A DNA stretch of 64,000 nucleotides from Octopus vulgaris. Taxonomy: Eukaryota. The notes under the pieces were generated by a model. It was given only the letters and a program-made list of their open reading frames with translations, did no database searches and was not told the DNA's origin. Shown here piece by piece: positions 1 through 14,664 of the stretch (position 1 is its first letter; the number at the start of each line of letters is the position of its first letter). The position numbers and the translations under genes are program-made. The DNA is taken from contig OX597831.1 of NCBI GenBank assembly GCA_951406725.2, positions 54,250,001-54,314,000 of the forward strand, written 5' to 3'.

Positions 1-42
<42 letters not shown>

Positions 43-129
43 CACAGACAGCTAGACGGTCAGACAGACATACGGACGGACAGGCAGACAGACGGACAGG
101 CAGACAGACGGACAGACAGACAGACGGAC

Positions 130-208
<79 letters not shown>

Positions 209-365
209 AATACCTTTTTCAGTATCATTTCTCTGTGCTTTGCGTTATCACTCCTTGGTTTGATTTCTGCAGTAAGATATTAAGATCTTGTCGATATTTT
301 AAGATCATGCCGCTATGTGTATTATAAGGGTGTCTATTTACTTCTGCCACGTCTGTCTGTCTGTT

Positions 366-418
<53 letters not shown>

Positions 419-437
419 GTGTATATATATCTCTAAA

Positions 438-496
<59 letters not shown>

Positions 497-590
497 TGTA
501 TATATATATATATATATACGAGTATATATATATATATACATACATACATACATACATACATACATACATACATACATACATACATACATA
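1..590. repeat. Compound microsatellites (TA)n, (CAGA/CGGA)n, (TAGA)n, (CT)n, (CATA)n
   Basis: Seen directly at 1-207 and 360-588. Confidence 0.95.
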
Positions 591-1895
591 GGATGCGATG
601 GATAAATTGTCGTCATTTTATATTTTTAATTTCGTGCATGCACATTTTTTGGTTTTAATTTTGTCGACTACACAGTATGGTAGGGTCGGTTGAGCACCGT
701 CTGTGAGAAAAACAGCACCATGACACAATTCACTCTGCCAGAAATTTCGAAACGACATGCTGTACTGTTTAGCATTCGCGCCGGATGCTCCAATACGAAC
801 ATTTCAGAATGTTTGGGTGTCAATATGAGGACAGTTCAGCGGGTTCTGAAAGAGTTGGACGAGTCTAATGATGATTATGAAGGTACGGCAGCTCGGAAAA
901 CTCCCTCTAATCATTTGATAAGAAAAGAACACCTGAATTTTTTGATGAGATCCAGGTCATGATTGACAACGATCCCTTCAAGTCAATCAGGTCCATTGCC
1001 AAGGACATGGGAGTGTCTGAGTTTCTTATCAGGCAGGTGTTGCATGAAGACATTCGGTATTCCTCATGCAAGATGAGAAAGAGGCCATTTTTATTCCAAG
1101 CCGTCTAATTTTTATCCCAAGGACAAGAGGAAAGACCCCACTACGAAGCCTTTGAACAAACTCATGCATCCCCTCCAACCGAACATGCTTTGGTTTTTTT
1201 CTCAGACGAGAAAAACTTCTGCCAAGATCAGATGCTGAAAACAAGAACAATCGTTGGCTTGCCGTATCCCCAAAACATGTGCCGAGAGTGATAAAAATAA
1301 AACATCCAGTCAACATCAGGGTGTTTGGAGAGAACACTAGTGATGGCGGCGTTATGCCTCCATTCATCCTCCCACATGGCCTCAGACTCAACACGGAGGC
1401 CTACATCAAGTGCCTGGAGGAGATTAGTGCTGCTCTGAGTCAAGAGGGTGGCTACTGGAACACCCTATGTCTGGCAACAGAACTCTGGACCATGCTACAC
1501 AAGCAGGAAAACCCAGTCATACTGTCAGACAATTTCTGCGACCACATCACCCCTAATATCTGGCCACCAACCTCCTCCATACTGCAACCCACTTGATTAT
1601 TATGTGTGGTGTGCAGTTGAGTGAGAGATCAATAAAACTCCTTGTAATACATGAATTTAAGGCAAGGATTATGGCAGTATTCACCAACTTAAACAAGGAG
1701 ACTGTCCAGAAGTGTTGCAAGAGATTCCGAAATCGTCTGGAGGCCGTGGTTGAAGCCAATGGCAATTTTATTGAATACATTTACTCTCTAGTATTTGCAG
1801 ATATTTTTATGTAATTTTGGTTAATATATCTGTTAAAATGAGATGTCAGTGTTAACTTCATTGTTAGATGACAATTTATTCACTGTACACTGTAT
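588..1895 (+). mobile_element. Decayed Tc1/mariner-superfamily DNA transposon, DD37D (maT)-type, copy 1
   Basis: Frameshifted transposase pieces (MTQFTLPEISKRHAV..., WFFSDEKNF, IKHPVNI, NIWPP, RFRNRLEAVVEANG). Imperfect TIRs: gataaattgtcgtcat and gatgacaatttattc. Homologous along its length to 45846-47112. Confidence 0.85.
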
Positions 1896-1948
1896 ATACA
1901 TGCATACATACATACATATACATATATACATACATAAATACGTACGTA

Positions 1949-1985
<37 letters not shown>

Positions 1986-4537
1986 TCTTTACTTACATAT
2001 ATGTGTATTCAATGAGGGAGTAGTGAAAATTCCTGGCTTCAAAAGTATCACGAAAGGCCTAGTTGGAGGCCCAACCTTCCGGGTTATTTTACAGGGCTTA
2101 GAAAAACTGTAGGGCCGCTGTAATAAGTGTATCAATCTGAGAGGTTTATATTCTTTTATTCTTTTGTTTCAGTCATTTGACTGCGGCCATACTGGAACAC
2201 CACGTTGAATAAAATCATAATTAGCTGATCCACTTGTGTTTTCTTTTACCTAAAGGAACTCATTGAAAATCGCTGGTATAACTCTAAGCTGTGTAGCTTA
2301 CTGTTGTATAAAAAGTTTGCATAACTTTATTGAATATCTTACCGTTGTATAACTTATGGTATAACTTATTGTCGTTTAGCCCCAGTTCGATTCTAATCAA
2401 GTAGACTTATGATCAAAGACAATCTAACCATGACCACCCAATTCTTATAAAGTGTATACGTCTACAATATTTAATGTGACCTTCCATTTTTTATCAATAG
2501 TAGGGTGTGTGATCTTTTTCAGACAGATTTCACAGCCATTTTAGTAGGTCGAGTGACTGCATAACCTCCTGGTGCTTAGTTTATCGTTGTGTTCCTCTAA
2601 AGAGGTTTCGAGGTATCTCAGGATTCCGTGAAAACAGATCCTAGTCTTCCACAAGATACAAAGTTATTTAATGAAATTTAACAAAAAATTATTTTATAAA
2701 ACGAATGTTATTCATTTACAAAAACAAAGTTATATTCATTTATTTTTACGAATAAATTACATCTTTAAAGCAATTTTTATTATATTTAATGTTGTATTAA
2801 GATGAAGGTGGTGGGGTTGTCTGTAAAATATAGGTATTGGTTTCTGAATTTTCGTAAAATCATATAAAAATTCCACGCTAAAATATTCTTCAGAACCGCT
2901 GGGTAACAGTCCGATATTCCCATGAGTCTTATGTAACGAAGAATGGGATAAACTAACCAAGGTGATGTAATTTATGCGAAGATGGTTACATTTTCTTTTG
3001 AAGAAATTATAGGAAAATACCTTTCTAAACACCTTCATTCCCAACAGTTCTCTGGATGAAACTACTCCTTCAAAGTAGTCTGTGTTTTGGCATATAATAA
3101 AGAGAGGCTGTAACTCTCTTGATCAACCCGTCTGTTTAATCAGGGCTGAATTGGAGATAAAACAACAACAATAACAAGGGGGGGGGGGGCTCTAAATCAA
3201 TGCTCCCTAACCTTTTCTATGCCTCACAAATGTTTCATTTATTTTCGTATCACCTGCAAAAGTGATATCACATATAAAGATTTAAAAGCCAATTTTTTTA
3301 GTGACTAAATTTTTTTAATGAATTGAACTACATATAGTATTGTGGACGAACAAATTGAACTTTAAAAATAAATTTGCAAAATGCGAATATAAATTGAGCA
3401 ATTAGATACAGTGAATTATACACTGTGAAATCAATCGCAATTGTGAAAATAAAATTCAAAGACTTCCTACTCATTCGTAACTTTATCAAAACGTAACATT
3501 TTCTTTCTGATTGAAATGTGTATGTTTGCTCGTGAATTCAGGCAATTTGTCTTGATTGACAAAAGAACTGAATCCAAACTCGCATAAGTGTGTTGTTGCA
3601 AATGGAATGAAAACACTGTTGTTAGTTATAATCTGTTAAGGGTTAAAGCTACACGAGTCCTTGGTGCGCTTGGTTGAAAAAGTCATTTGCAAGAGATTTA
3701 TTCTAAAAGTTGATTAAAATAAAATATATACTTCTTTTGTCGAACCTCGAAATGCTTTCTCGCACTACCAGGGAATGCAGATACCCTACGTTGGGAAACT
3801 AGCTCTAAGTAGTTGCTCGACCTCCTTGAAATCGCTGCCAAATCACCAAATCACCCACAAATCACACCGTATCGTCTTAAATAATGCATACATTGAACAA
3901 TGTAATCCCTGATATTATAGTAGATGAGATGGTCACAAATGGAATGCCTTTGACCATATGACTTTTATCACGGTTGACAACAGCAACAGCTACCTAAACT
4001 GCAGTTAAACTCTTACACCTTTGAAACTACCAGAGCCTATGTAGCAGCGAAGACTTACTGTGGACCCTGAAGCATTTTCAATGACTTCTAATCTGATTAC
4101 CAGTTGTATAAATAAGGAAGACTAAATACTGGGGCCAGATTAGGTTGACAAACAAGCCATTTGTTCCATTTGTTTTTCATTCTGCTATGTTTTAAAAGGA
4201 TATTTTTGATCGCAGTCAACAGCTGCTGAGTTTATACTTGTCTGCTTGATCGGAAATCTTGTTAGCTCCTTAAGAGAGAAAAAAATATAACGATTCAAAT
4301 AGCCTTTTAAAACATGGCTTGGGCCACCCTAAAGATATATTATAAATCCTTTTAATTACGATTATAAATCCATCTTGTTTTGTTCACAAGACAAAAGAAA
4401 AGAAAGACAGAAAGAAGTTACTTTGTGTACTTTTATACATTCATTGACTTATGTTTGAAAACTTTTGCGAATATATTTCACATATCCACACAACCGTCAC
4501 CATCTTCTGTGCCTCTCCTTTTTTTATCATCCTAAAA

Positions 4538-4570
4538 CCACCATCACCACCACCGCCGCCGCAGCTGCTG

Positions 4571-4647
<77 letters not shown>

Positions 4648-4735
4648 ACTACTACTACTACTACTACTGCTACTACTGCTACTACTACTGCTGCTGCTGC
4701 TACTACTACTACTATTGCTACTGCTACTACTACTG

Positions 4736-4788
<53 letters not shown>

Positions 4789-4820
4789 GCTACTACTACT
4801 ACATTTTTAAGGATTTAAGG

Positions 4821-4860
<40 letters not shown>
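4538..4860. repeat. Trinucleotide array (CCA)(CTA/CTG)n followed by (AAT)n
   Basis: Seen directly; source of the poly-L and poly-T ORFs. Confidence 0.95.
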
Positions 4861-5209
4861 TTACAGTTGTTGCTGTAGCAGCGGCGTTGTTTTTACTACT
4901 AATTCATTATTGATAGAAATACGACTTGTGTGTGCGCGCACGCGCGAATATAAATTCCTGGAAAAAGTATCGGCTACATACGCGAAGATAGAAATAAAGA
5001 CCTATTAAAATTGTTTATATTATTCTGCTTAGCGATCAGATTTACATCAAATATTAGATCAGAATATACAATCTTAGATATACATTATGTTAAAGGAAAA
5101 CTTTAAGCGACAACATGTAGGAATATATATCTCTCATTCGTATATAAAATCCTCAAAATTCTATATTAAATAACAGACGTAACTGTATCACACATGTAGG
5201 TATATATGT

Positions 5210-6830
5210 CATCATTCAGTTTTATTTCAAGATTTCTTACCAATAGAGAAAGAGCCGGTTTCTAACCTAGATCCAAATCCTAGGTGCTTTAGCTTCGCGT
5301 CAATAGCAACAATCCGGATACTTATTGATAAGACCTCGTATGTATCTATATGTGCAGATTTGTATGTTTTGCTATATGTATGTATTCTCATGAATATAGT
5401 TGCAGGTCTAGACATGATCATATATGCTTAAATGATAAACTTCTAGAAAGTTTTTCAGATTTTTACAGTTCCAGTGATGGACTGGATCTGTAGTCTTCGA
5501 ATCAGCTTTCTCCTTTCTCGTTTTGGGAAGCCTAATTTCTCAAGATTGGTATTTAGGCAGTGTGTTACATATCCCAGTACCTCAATAATTACAGGTATAA
5601 ACCTGAACTTGTAATCTGGATAGAGTAGCTGTAGATTCTTCAATAATTCAGCGTAGGTATTTTCTGTTTCTCTGATCTTTAGCTTTATGTTAACATCCGC
5701 TGTGCAGCTGATTTCCACAGTTTCCCTTCTCTATCCCAAATTACTATGTCAGGTCTATTATGTTTAAATTTTATTAAGGATTTCACTCCTTTTTATTATG
5801 AGTGGCTATGGCTTCTACCATACTGTGGGTTCTTATTTCTTTGGCTCCTGGATTATCCATCCGACGGATCTCATTACAGAGTATCCTAGCTACAACATCA
5901 CATCTCATCGGTAGATAATGCCGTGATGACATTTTCAGACAGCTGCTTCTGATGTGGGTGATGTCTTCGGTGTTAACTCCACAAAGTCTGCATCGGTTGT
6001 CACATTTTGCTGCTTTTCCTGCATCTCTATCTATTTTGTGCATCAAGTATTTGGTTGATATTTCCTGTTCCTGGATTACAAACGTATACCCTTCAAAGTG
6101 GGAGGTAGTAATCCTATTGTTAATCCATGATAAACTGATTTGATGATCAGTGTTACTATCATCCCGAAGCTTTCTACTAACATATCCATCTTCTGCTGAT
6201 ATGCGCTCATCCTTCCATCTGAGGATATATTGCGGTAGAGTCGTGCGACTTCTTTGGGCATGTATTTAAGGTTATCAGACAAAGAATGCTGCTCAAGGAG
6301 CTGCTTTCCAAGGCTCATGATATTATCAGCCTCATGTATACATACTTGGTCAAGGGATACACTTCGGCACTTGATGTTTAAAAGATGTTGCCGGAGGAGT
6401 ATGTTATGACATTCAGAAGCAGTCTGGATTGATGTTAAGCCTCTTCTCCCTTGTTTTCATTACAGCGGGAGTCAGTCTACGTCACTGTTGATGTGGAAAT
6501 TATGTGCTGGTTAATACCTTTGGGTCTTCACATCAATTACTCGGATCTTATCAAGCGTCCAATCAAGCAGCCCAAATGTTGGTATGTGTACTGGCACTGC
6601 AAACGCATTGTGGGCCATTGTTTTATTGAATGTAGAGAGTTCCGAGGTTCATATTTTCTTTATTCGGCTGTAATATTCTTCGGTGACTCGTGTTTTGTTA
6701 CAGGTGCCAAGATACACCCCAAGATACCTGTAACATTCCTCGTCAGATATAGAGTAAACAGTTAAATCATTGATGGAGATGTTGCTAGTCTCTTTTCCAG
6801 TTTTCTCTCTTTTCACAACCGTATAACAAA
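5210..6830 (-). mobile_element. 5'-truncated non-LTR retrotransposon with restriction-like endonuclease (R4/Dong/NeSL-like), decayed
   Basis: Minus-strand pieces YRYLG, CRLCGVNTEDITHIRSSC (CCHC knuckle), RPDI...EISC..D (RLE PD..E..D) and LQIQSITGTVKI, plus a conserved 3' UTR ending aagaaatcttgaaataaaactga. Confidence 0.85.
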
Positions 6831-7145
6831 AAACAAAATTTATCATGTATGGATGGATGGATGGATGAGTGGGTGTGTTGATGGATAAATGGATGGATGG
6901 ATGTAGGTGTGTGTATGTATGCATGCATGCATGCATGCATGCATGTATGTATGTATGTATGTATGTATGTATGTATGAACATGCACATAAGATATATGTA
7001 TGTAAACGCATATTCATATATTAATGCCGGTGAATATGCACATATAATCATATATTGAAATATAAGTATGCTTATAAATTTACATACATATATACATACA
7101 CACGCGCACGCACACAAACACGCACATATAATATAAGTACACACA

Positions 7146-7545
7146 AGGTGGCGAGCTGGCAGAAACATTAGCACGCCGGGCGAAATGCTTAGCAGTATTT
7201 CGTCTGCCGCTACGTTCCGAGTTCAAATTCCGCCGAGGTCGACTTTGCCTTTCATCCTTTCGGGGTCGATTAAATAAGTACCAGTTACTCACTGGGGTCG
7301 ATACAATCGACTTAATCTGTCTGTCTGTCCTTGTTTGTCCTCTCTGTGTTTAGCCAATTGTGGGTAGTAAAGAAATAGGTATTTCGTCTGCCGTTACGTT
7401 CTGAGTTCAAATTTCCACCGAGGTCGACTTTGCCTTTCAACCTTTCGGGGTCGATAAATTAAGAACCAGTTGCATACTGAGGTCGATCTAATCGACTGGC
7501 CCCCTCCCCCAAAATTTCGGGCCTTGTGCTTAGAGTAGAAAAGAA
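7146..7545 (+). mobile_element. tRNA-derived SINE family A (octopus-type), one full and one partial copy in tandem
   Basis: ggcgagctggcagaaacattagcacgccgggcgaaatgc...gagttcaaattccgccgaggtcgactttgcctttcatcctttcggggtcgat, with a B-box-like GAGTTCAAATTCC. Many copies across the window. Confidence 0.85.
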
Positions 7546-8110
7546 TACACACACACACACACACACATAATCTATATATATGCATATATATACATGTAGG
7601 TAGGAATACATATGTGTGGCGTGTGTGTGTGTGCGTGTGTGCGTGCGTGTGTGTATGTGTGTGTGTGTACATGTACACGTGGTGATGCAAGTATAGATAT
7701 TTTATGTACACGTAGCTAAAAACTCTTTATGCATAGACAAATATAAACACTCAACAAAATACCGTCAAACATGTAGGTACAGAAAAAATAAACTGAATAT
7801 ACATATACTAATATGGAACGGTTTTGACAAATGTATATGCATCGTTCACATGAACACAAAAAGTGACACAAAGTAACCGGTCGATAAGCAAACATTCAAA
7901 TATATATATAAGTAAATTTCACAACTGATGTAAAAGACTAGACACTTGTATCTTATGTTTCAATATTAATACAACAAAGTGAAGCTTGCTTTTCTCATTG
8001 AATAAGTTATGCGAAACTTGAAGTATTGCTTAACAAACTTGAACAAGCCTGAGCGAAAAGCACTCCAGGAGGTTATTGCGTTTTTGTGTAAGGTATATAA
8101 CTACAGGTGA

Positions 8111-8430
8111 GGTCGCGTGGCTTAGTGGTTAGGGCATTCGGCTCATGATCGTAAGGTTGTGAGTTCGATTCCCGGCGACGCGTTGTGTCCTTGAGCAAGA
8201 CACTTTATTTCACGTTGCTCCAGTCCACTCAGCTGGCAAAAATGAGTTGTACTTGTACTTCAAAGGGTCAGCCTTGTCACTCTCTGTGTCACGCTGATTA
8301 TCCCCGAGAACTACGTTAAGGGGTACACGTGTCTGTGGAATGCTCAGCCATTTGCACGTTAATTTCACGAGCAAGCTGTTCCGTTGATCGTATCAGCTGG
8401 GACCCTCGTCGTCGTAACCGGCGGAGTCTC
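8111..8430 (+). mobile_element. tRNA-derived SINE family C
   Basis: A-box tggcttagtggttagg and B-box gagttcgattccc, followed by gtgtccttgagcaagacact...ccactcagctg. Related copies at 27850-28190(-) and 61663-61940(+). Confidence 0.8.
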
Positions 8431-8439
8431 TTTAAATAT

Positions 8440-9400
8440 AACTACAGCGATCGTTTCCGAAAGAAGCTTTTCATCCTGCTCCGACAGCTTTGGCGTGAAG
8501 AGGTTCTAGTGGAAGACTGGAGTACAGAAGAAGGTATATACCTGTCAAAGGAAACCAATGCAGAGACTATAAATCAATTCAGACCATATCCTTATTGAAT
8601 GTGAATGGCAAGATTTATATGGGCATTCTTTCAAAAAGAACAATGGCATACCTACGGAGTAATAACTATGCAGATTAATCTGTTCAAAAGACTGGAATCC
8701 TTGGGATTCCTGGGTGTGTTGAACAGTCCTTTTCAATTTAGAAGGCAATCCAGGATGTCGAACAAAACAAGATTGATCTAACTAATGCATATGGCTCAGT
8801 ACCACATGAATTGCTGATGAGATCCACGAGCCACTTCCACACTCTAGAGAAGGTAACAAAATTAATGAAGAAATACCATGACAGTATCGAGATGAGATTT
8901 ACATCTGGCAACTTCACAAGAGATTGGCACTGCCTGAAGATTGGGTTGCTGGTAGCTGCACAATATCTTTCATGTGGTTTATTCCTGTCATAGAGATACT
9001 TTTAAAAGCTACATACTTTTCGGAACAAATGGTTCAGATACAATCAACTAAGAAGGCATTCATGGATAGACCTGACTCTTCTATCTATAGATAAGTAGAT
9101 CATTCAGAATGCTCTCTCAAGGCTAGACGGGCTGATAAAGTGGCCAAGGATATAATTCAGAGCAAAAAGTCGTACAGTCTGACATTTGTTAGGCGTGTAC
9201 AGAAAGAAGTGAAATTTAAAATAGCAAGTATAACAACAGTCAAGGAAGAACCTACTAAAAGCCTGGGGCGTGCATATTGTCAGATAGAAGCTGTGGGATG
9301 TAGATTATGAAGCAAGCTGAGGATGGACTAAAAACAGTTGATGATTCAAACTATCAGGTAATCACTACCTTAGGAAGTGCGGAATATTTGCGATACCAGG
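8440..9400 (+). mobile_element. Old non-LTR retrotransposon RT fragment (different family)
   Basis: EGIYLSKETNAETINQFRP(ISLLNV.GKI), then an L.NAYGSVPHE-like and KSLGR-like degenerate RT sequence. Confidence 0.6.
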
Positions 9401-11585
9401 ATTGAATTGCAAGTTCATAAGAACTTATGGAAGAGTTTCTCTGCTGAGAAAAATGATGACTTAAATTTTTACAAATTCATTAGCATGCCAGCTATATTAA
9501 ACAACTGTTTGGTCTCAAAAGATTAAATCTTTTTTTTCCTGTAGGCGTTTAGGGACTTCGTCACTGAACGGTTAGAAGTTTGATAGCAGGCAAAATTTCG
9601 CTCGCGGGCAGAAGGTTTTCTACCTCTGTTCTACCTAAATAAGAAAACTGTAGGTGGTGTTGCTCTCTCCCAGTTGCTATAACTCAAATTTTGATGTCAT
9701 TGACTGCTGAGCAAGGAAAAAATTAAGCCTGAGGCTTGGCACTTTAGCAACGACCTTGATCTTTCGAACAACCCAGACTTGTTCAAGTATACATTAATGG
9801 CTTCTTACGAACAGACACGTTAAAATGCTTCATAGAGGATTTGTTCAAAGTACATTTGTTAATGACTTCTTAAAAGATTTGGTGAAAGTAGATTTGTTAA
9901 AAATAGGATAGAGGTAATATAACAGTGAGGCAAGTTCGCGACCTAGTTTCGATTCTTGGGGTGTGACCGTCGTTGGAAAAGGTATGTACGCCACTCGGTG
10001 GGTTTCCTTCATGCAGTATCACTTTGATATCACAGTAGTGATTGCTATAATTGAGAGATAAGCTTCCAGCATCCTGGATCAGATTCGTGACTAGGCGTTT
10101 ATTTCTGGTTGCAATAATTTAGCTTCACTTAGGTTGCTAATTGAAAACTATTGTTACAAAAGATAGAATCCGCGATCTGATTCATGTCTGATAGATTCAA
10201 TTATTTGGAGAGCATTTTTTTATTGTGACTCTTTCTTCTATACTGAAATACCTTTGAATAACTATTTTTGTTGTTGTTGTTCACAATCACGTAACTGCTT
10301 TGTTTTTAATTATCTTTTCAAACAACATTCAACTGTGTGGGATGTGATGGTTCACATGATGACAGGATAAAAGCTTGAAGCCATGAGAAGAATTTCAATT
10401 GAGAGCGGAGGTAGAATGAGCAAACAATAGCTGTGAATATGAAAATGCTTGTTTTCTGGTTTTTGTTTCGTGTCTGGTTTTTTTTTTTTTTTTTGGTTTT
10501 TTTTCTTTTCTGTATAGGTTTACTTTTGTCCATAAGTGGAGGGACGGAAATATGGATTGTAAGAGTGCGCAGTATCATTTGAGCTAAAAGAAAAAATTAA
10601 AAAAAAGATAAATTGATAGTTTTTCATAGAAAAGTATATTTCAAAACCTTTAAGGTTCAGAACTACATTGTTATTTACAAATAGTTTTTTTTGTTGTTGT
10701 AGCTTTGAATATATTTTGCCTCATTCTAATAGACAATACAATCGAGAGGATACTAACCCAGAATAACTTATTACAGTACTTAATTTCGTATCATCAAGCA
10801 TCCAGGTACAATCCCACAAGGATCCTATTATTTAACTGTCATGGGATATTTTCCCCCTTTCAACACCGGTAGCATAGATAATATACTATAATGGAATATT
10901 GATTTCATACCATTGTTAAAAATATCGGCCCGGTATCTATGTAAGAAGGCAATATTTCACACACCGTTACTGAAAGATCAACGATATTGTATTCCCTCAC
11001 AAGTGATACATAGACAAGACACCGACTTTCATACTGCTTAATCTAACCATCTCCTCAACCAATATCTCAATGAGCTTCAAGAATGGAAACATGTCATTGC
11101 TGCAAGAAACAGAAGCACTGTATATTTAACAGATGCGTCGTAACGACGCTTTACAAAAGTATCTTTGTTTCCTTCTCAACGGAATTTATCAAAGAGTATT
11201 AGATTTGGGCAAGTTCAGGAATTATATCTCGTAAAGTAAAATTTGGTTAGTTGGAGTCAGTGATCAGTCGTGGGTGTGGTTTACTGGTTGGCTGGTCACT
11301 ATGCATTGAATACTAAGGGGGTGAAAAGAAAACGAAAACCAAATAAGGGACAAGTGTTAACGATAGCTGAAAGGGACAAAGTTATCAACTCCTACGGAAC
11401 ATAACATTCTCTTAATTCATGAACTTAAAATCTGTCTAACTGCATACATACATCTATCTAACTGCATATATACATACATACATACATACTACATACGTAC
11501 GTACGTACATACATACATACATACATACATACATACATACATACATACATACATACATACATACATACATACATACATACATACA

Positions 11586-12772
11586 TAGGTCTATACTTGT
11601 AATTATTGGGGCACTGAGATATGTAACATATTGCCTTAATATCAATCTTGATAAATTAGGCTTCTCAAAACCAGAAAGGAGAAAGTTGATTCGAAGATTA
11701 CAGATCCAATCCATCACTGGAACTGTAAAAATCTGTAAAACTTTCCAGGCGTTTATCATTTAATTATATATGAGCATGTCTAAGATATGCAACTATATGC
11801 ATGAGAATACATACATTAAACAAAACATACAAAGCATACAAACAAACAAACAAACAAACAAACATACATACATACATACATACATACATACATACATACA
11901 TACATACATACATACATACATACATACATACGTGCAAAACTACCCTGTTGATGTTGAAATTCCAATGAAGGGACATTAGAAACCAGATCTTTCTCCATTT
12001 GCAAGAAATCTTGAAATAAAACTGAATGACATACATACATACATACATACATACATACATACATACATACATACATACATACATACATACATACATACAT
12101 ACTACCTGCCCGTGGAGCATGATATAGTTGCAAAGACTATTTACAATGTTATCTGCAGGTTGGGCAGCCCTGACGTATACATCAAAGACATGTCAGAACC
12201 AGCAGGTACTCACACCTTTAAAAACAAGGAATACTGGTAGAACACCTTAATAAAAACATCAGTTCGATGCAAACATAACAGACCTAATGTTGTTCTGTTG
12301 GACAGGGAACAAATGTCGTGCACTGTTGTAGAAGTCAGATGCCTATGTATAGTCAAAAGATCCAGGAAAAGAGAACATTTAGGGCGAATTAATGCGGAAC
12401 TTATAGCTCTTGTACTCTGACTATGAATTCTCGTTTGCATAGGTGCATTAAGTTATGTACCAACAAATTTGCCCAAAAACCTTGAAATACTTGGTTTCGC
12501 TGAGAAAGAGCAAAAGAAACTGACGCGGATTCTCCAAATCCAATCTATTTGTGCCACAGTGAAGATTTGTGAGACATTCCAGAAATTCTCCGTGTGAGAT
12601 TCTTATGTGAATCTCAGGTACATACTTGGGCTTATGCATCGATAGTTTAACCAACACACCAAGTCAACCACATATTTACAAACACGGGGAACTCCCTTAA
12701 TTCAAAAAGTCTTGTTGCTTCGTTAGCGACCGGCTTGAACTTTCCTAAGAACTTAAATTAAAGAAAAGTAAT
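11586..12772 (+). mobile_element. Two RLE-LINE 3' fragments (11586-12030; 12100-12772) separated by (CATA)n
   Basis: Same C-terminus (ITGTVKICKTFQ) and 3' UTR as 5210-6830. The second piece matches 30890-31550 (cagacctaatgttgttctgttggacag = RPN/DIVLLD). Confidence 0.8.
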
Positions 12773-12775
12773 ATG

Positions 12776-12809
<34 letters not shown>

Positions 12810-13338
12810 TGTATGTATGTATGTATGTATGTATGTATGTATGTATGTATGTATGTATGTATGTACATATGCACAACTAATCTATTGCTTCGTTCTTCTA
12901 ATCGCCCTCATACTATCACGAATACGAATAACGGATAAAAAAAACAAACCCCTTATAATTTCAATAATGCTCGAAAATTTGAAAATTATAATGAATCTCT
13001 TGGTAAAACGACATTAGTTCATGGTTCCATTCGCTAAGCAAATTTAGGGTAATTTGGTTGGAAACTTATACAAACTTTTCTCTAAACATTTTACAAAAGA
13101 AAATAGATATTATGATATTATTAACCCTAGGCTTCTTAAAATTGGTTATTCCTTATCAAATAATTTAGGCCAGATTATATCTTCCTATAATCAAAGAAAA
13201 TGATCTAATCTAATATAATAATGACTGTAGTATATTTCTATGTTTGTCTGTATATATATGTACTGAAACAAAAACAATTGCAGCGTGGAAGGTGTTTATA
13301 AGCCATTTAAGAACACACAAAAACCGTTAGATTCACTT

Positions 13339-13454
13339 CAACCTAGTGACGAAAGCTCTTTCCACGTGTTACTTTCTCTAAGTCCCTCTCAGTCATGGCT
13401 ATTACTCTCACTGCTTCTCCTTCACTGGATTACTATTTTCTCTCCGCTCCCGTC

Positions 13455-13525
<71 letters not shown>

Positions 13526-13682
13526 TGTGTGTGTCGGAAATTAGGAGGAAGTGAGCGAAAAAGTAGTATAAGTGAAGAGAGAGGAGAGAAAATAGTAATT
13601 CCGTGAAGGAGAAGTAGTGAGAGTAATAGTGAGAGGGACTGAGAGAAAGTAACAAGCGGAGAAAGCTTTCGTTACTAGGTTG
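13339..13682. mobile_element. MITE/foldback-like element with ~52-bp TIRs and central (TG)n
   Basis: caacctagtgacgaaagct...gttactttctctaagtccctctca matches the reverse complement of tgagagggactgagagaaagtaac...agctttcgttactaggttg. Confidence 0.7.
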
Positions 13683-13889
13683 TTGTTGTCTCACACTGAG
13701 GACGGATAACATTCAGAAACCTAGGTCTGTGAGTAACACGTAAGGTTAGAGATGGGACCGATGACCTCCCTTGCAAATGCTATACAGACACAAATTGTGT
13801 GTCAATATCCAGTTGGAAAAGATGTTTTCCTGGGGCTAAAACAACAATAACATCGTCCTTTATAGGACATTCTATTGGCATATAAACAT

Positions 13890-14640
13890 TACTATCCGGT
13901 ACTGTCACTGTATATCTGAGAACACAAGCTTATCCAGATTGCTATTTAATCATTTACTCACAAAACCAAGTGCACCAATTATTTTTGGTATAAATGTGAA
14001 TTTTATAACCTGGATATAGAAGCTGAAGGTTTCGAAGTAGTTGTCCATAGTTATCTTTTTCTCTTTGCTTTTCAAAGAGTTGTTTATATCAGCAGGAGAG
14101 CTGACCTCTATGAGAGTACATACTTTTTCTTGTCTTTCATAAACAATAATATCCGGCCTGCTATGATTACACTCGAGCGATATTTTGATTGGAATGTTTC
14201 ACCAGTATGCCTTGTGTTGATACATATGCATGTATTCAATAACAGGACGATTCCCTTTATTTATTTAAGGACAGTCTTTTCTCTGAATGACGTTGTATAT
14301 TGTTTTTGCGACTGTCAAGTCGCATAGGGAGGAAGTACCGTGATGACATTTTGGGGCAGCTGCTAATCACATGTGTGATGTCTTGCACAGAAATGTGACA
14401 ATCTACGTTTTCTGTTGCATCTTGGAGCTCCAAGGGTTTCACTGTCTCTTGTTTATTAGGCATTTTATAGCAATCTCCTGTTCTTGGATTGCAAATGCAC
14501 ACCTTTTGATGTGTGTTCTAATGTAGCGGTCACGAGTCCAAGAGAGGTTTCGCTTCATGACGATATTACTCAAGTCTTCCAGAAACAAACCCATGCATAA
14601 TGTTTTGTTGGTATGCTGAGCGTTTCACATCATTCTTTAG
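13890..14640 (-). mobile_element. RLE-LINE fragment
   Basis: Minus strand gives QDITHVISSCPKMSSRYFLPMR and an RLE-region sequence homologous to the other copies. Confidence 0.75.
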
Positions 14641-14664
14641 GGTATGTTAGCCTGGCTGTTTTGG

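Noticed and set aside
4451-4818. Poly-Leu and poly-Thr/Ala ORFs (also poly-Asp at 24029 and 28736)
   Set aside because: Trinucleotide microsatellites with no splice or homology support.
8111-8185. tRNA-like sequences (also 36730-36800, 37830-37900, 48815-48875)
   Set aside because: These are SINE heads. They continue into shared SINE bodies or are degenerate, and lack a closed acceptor stem.
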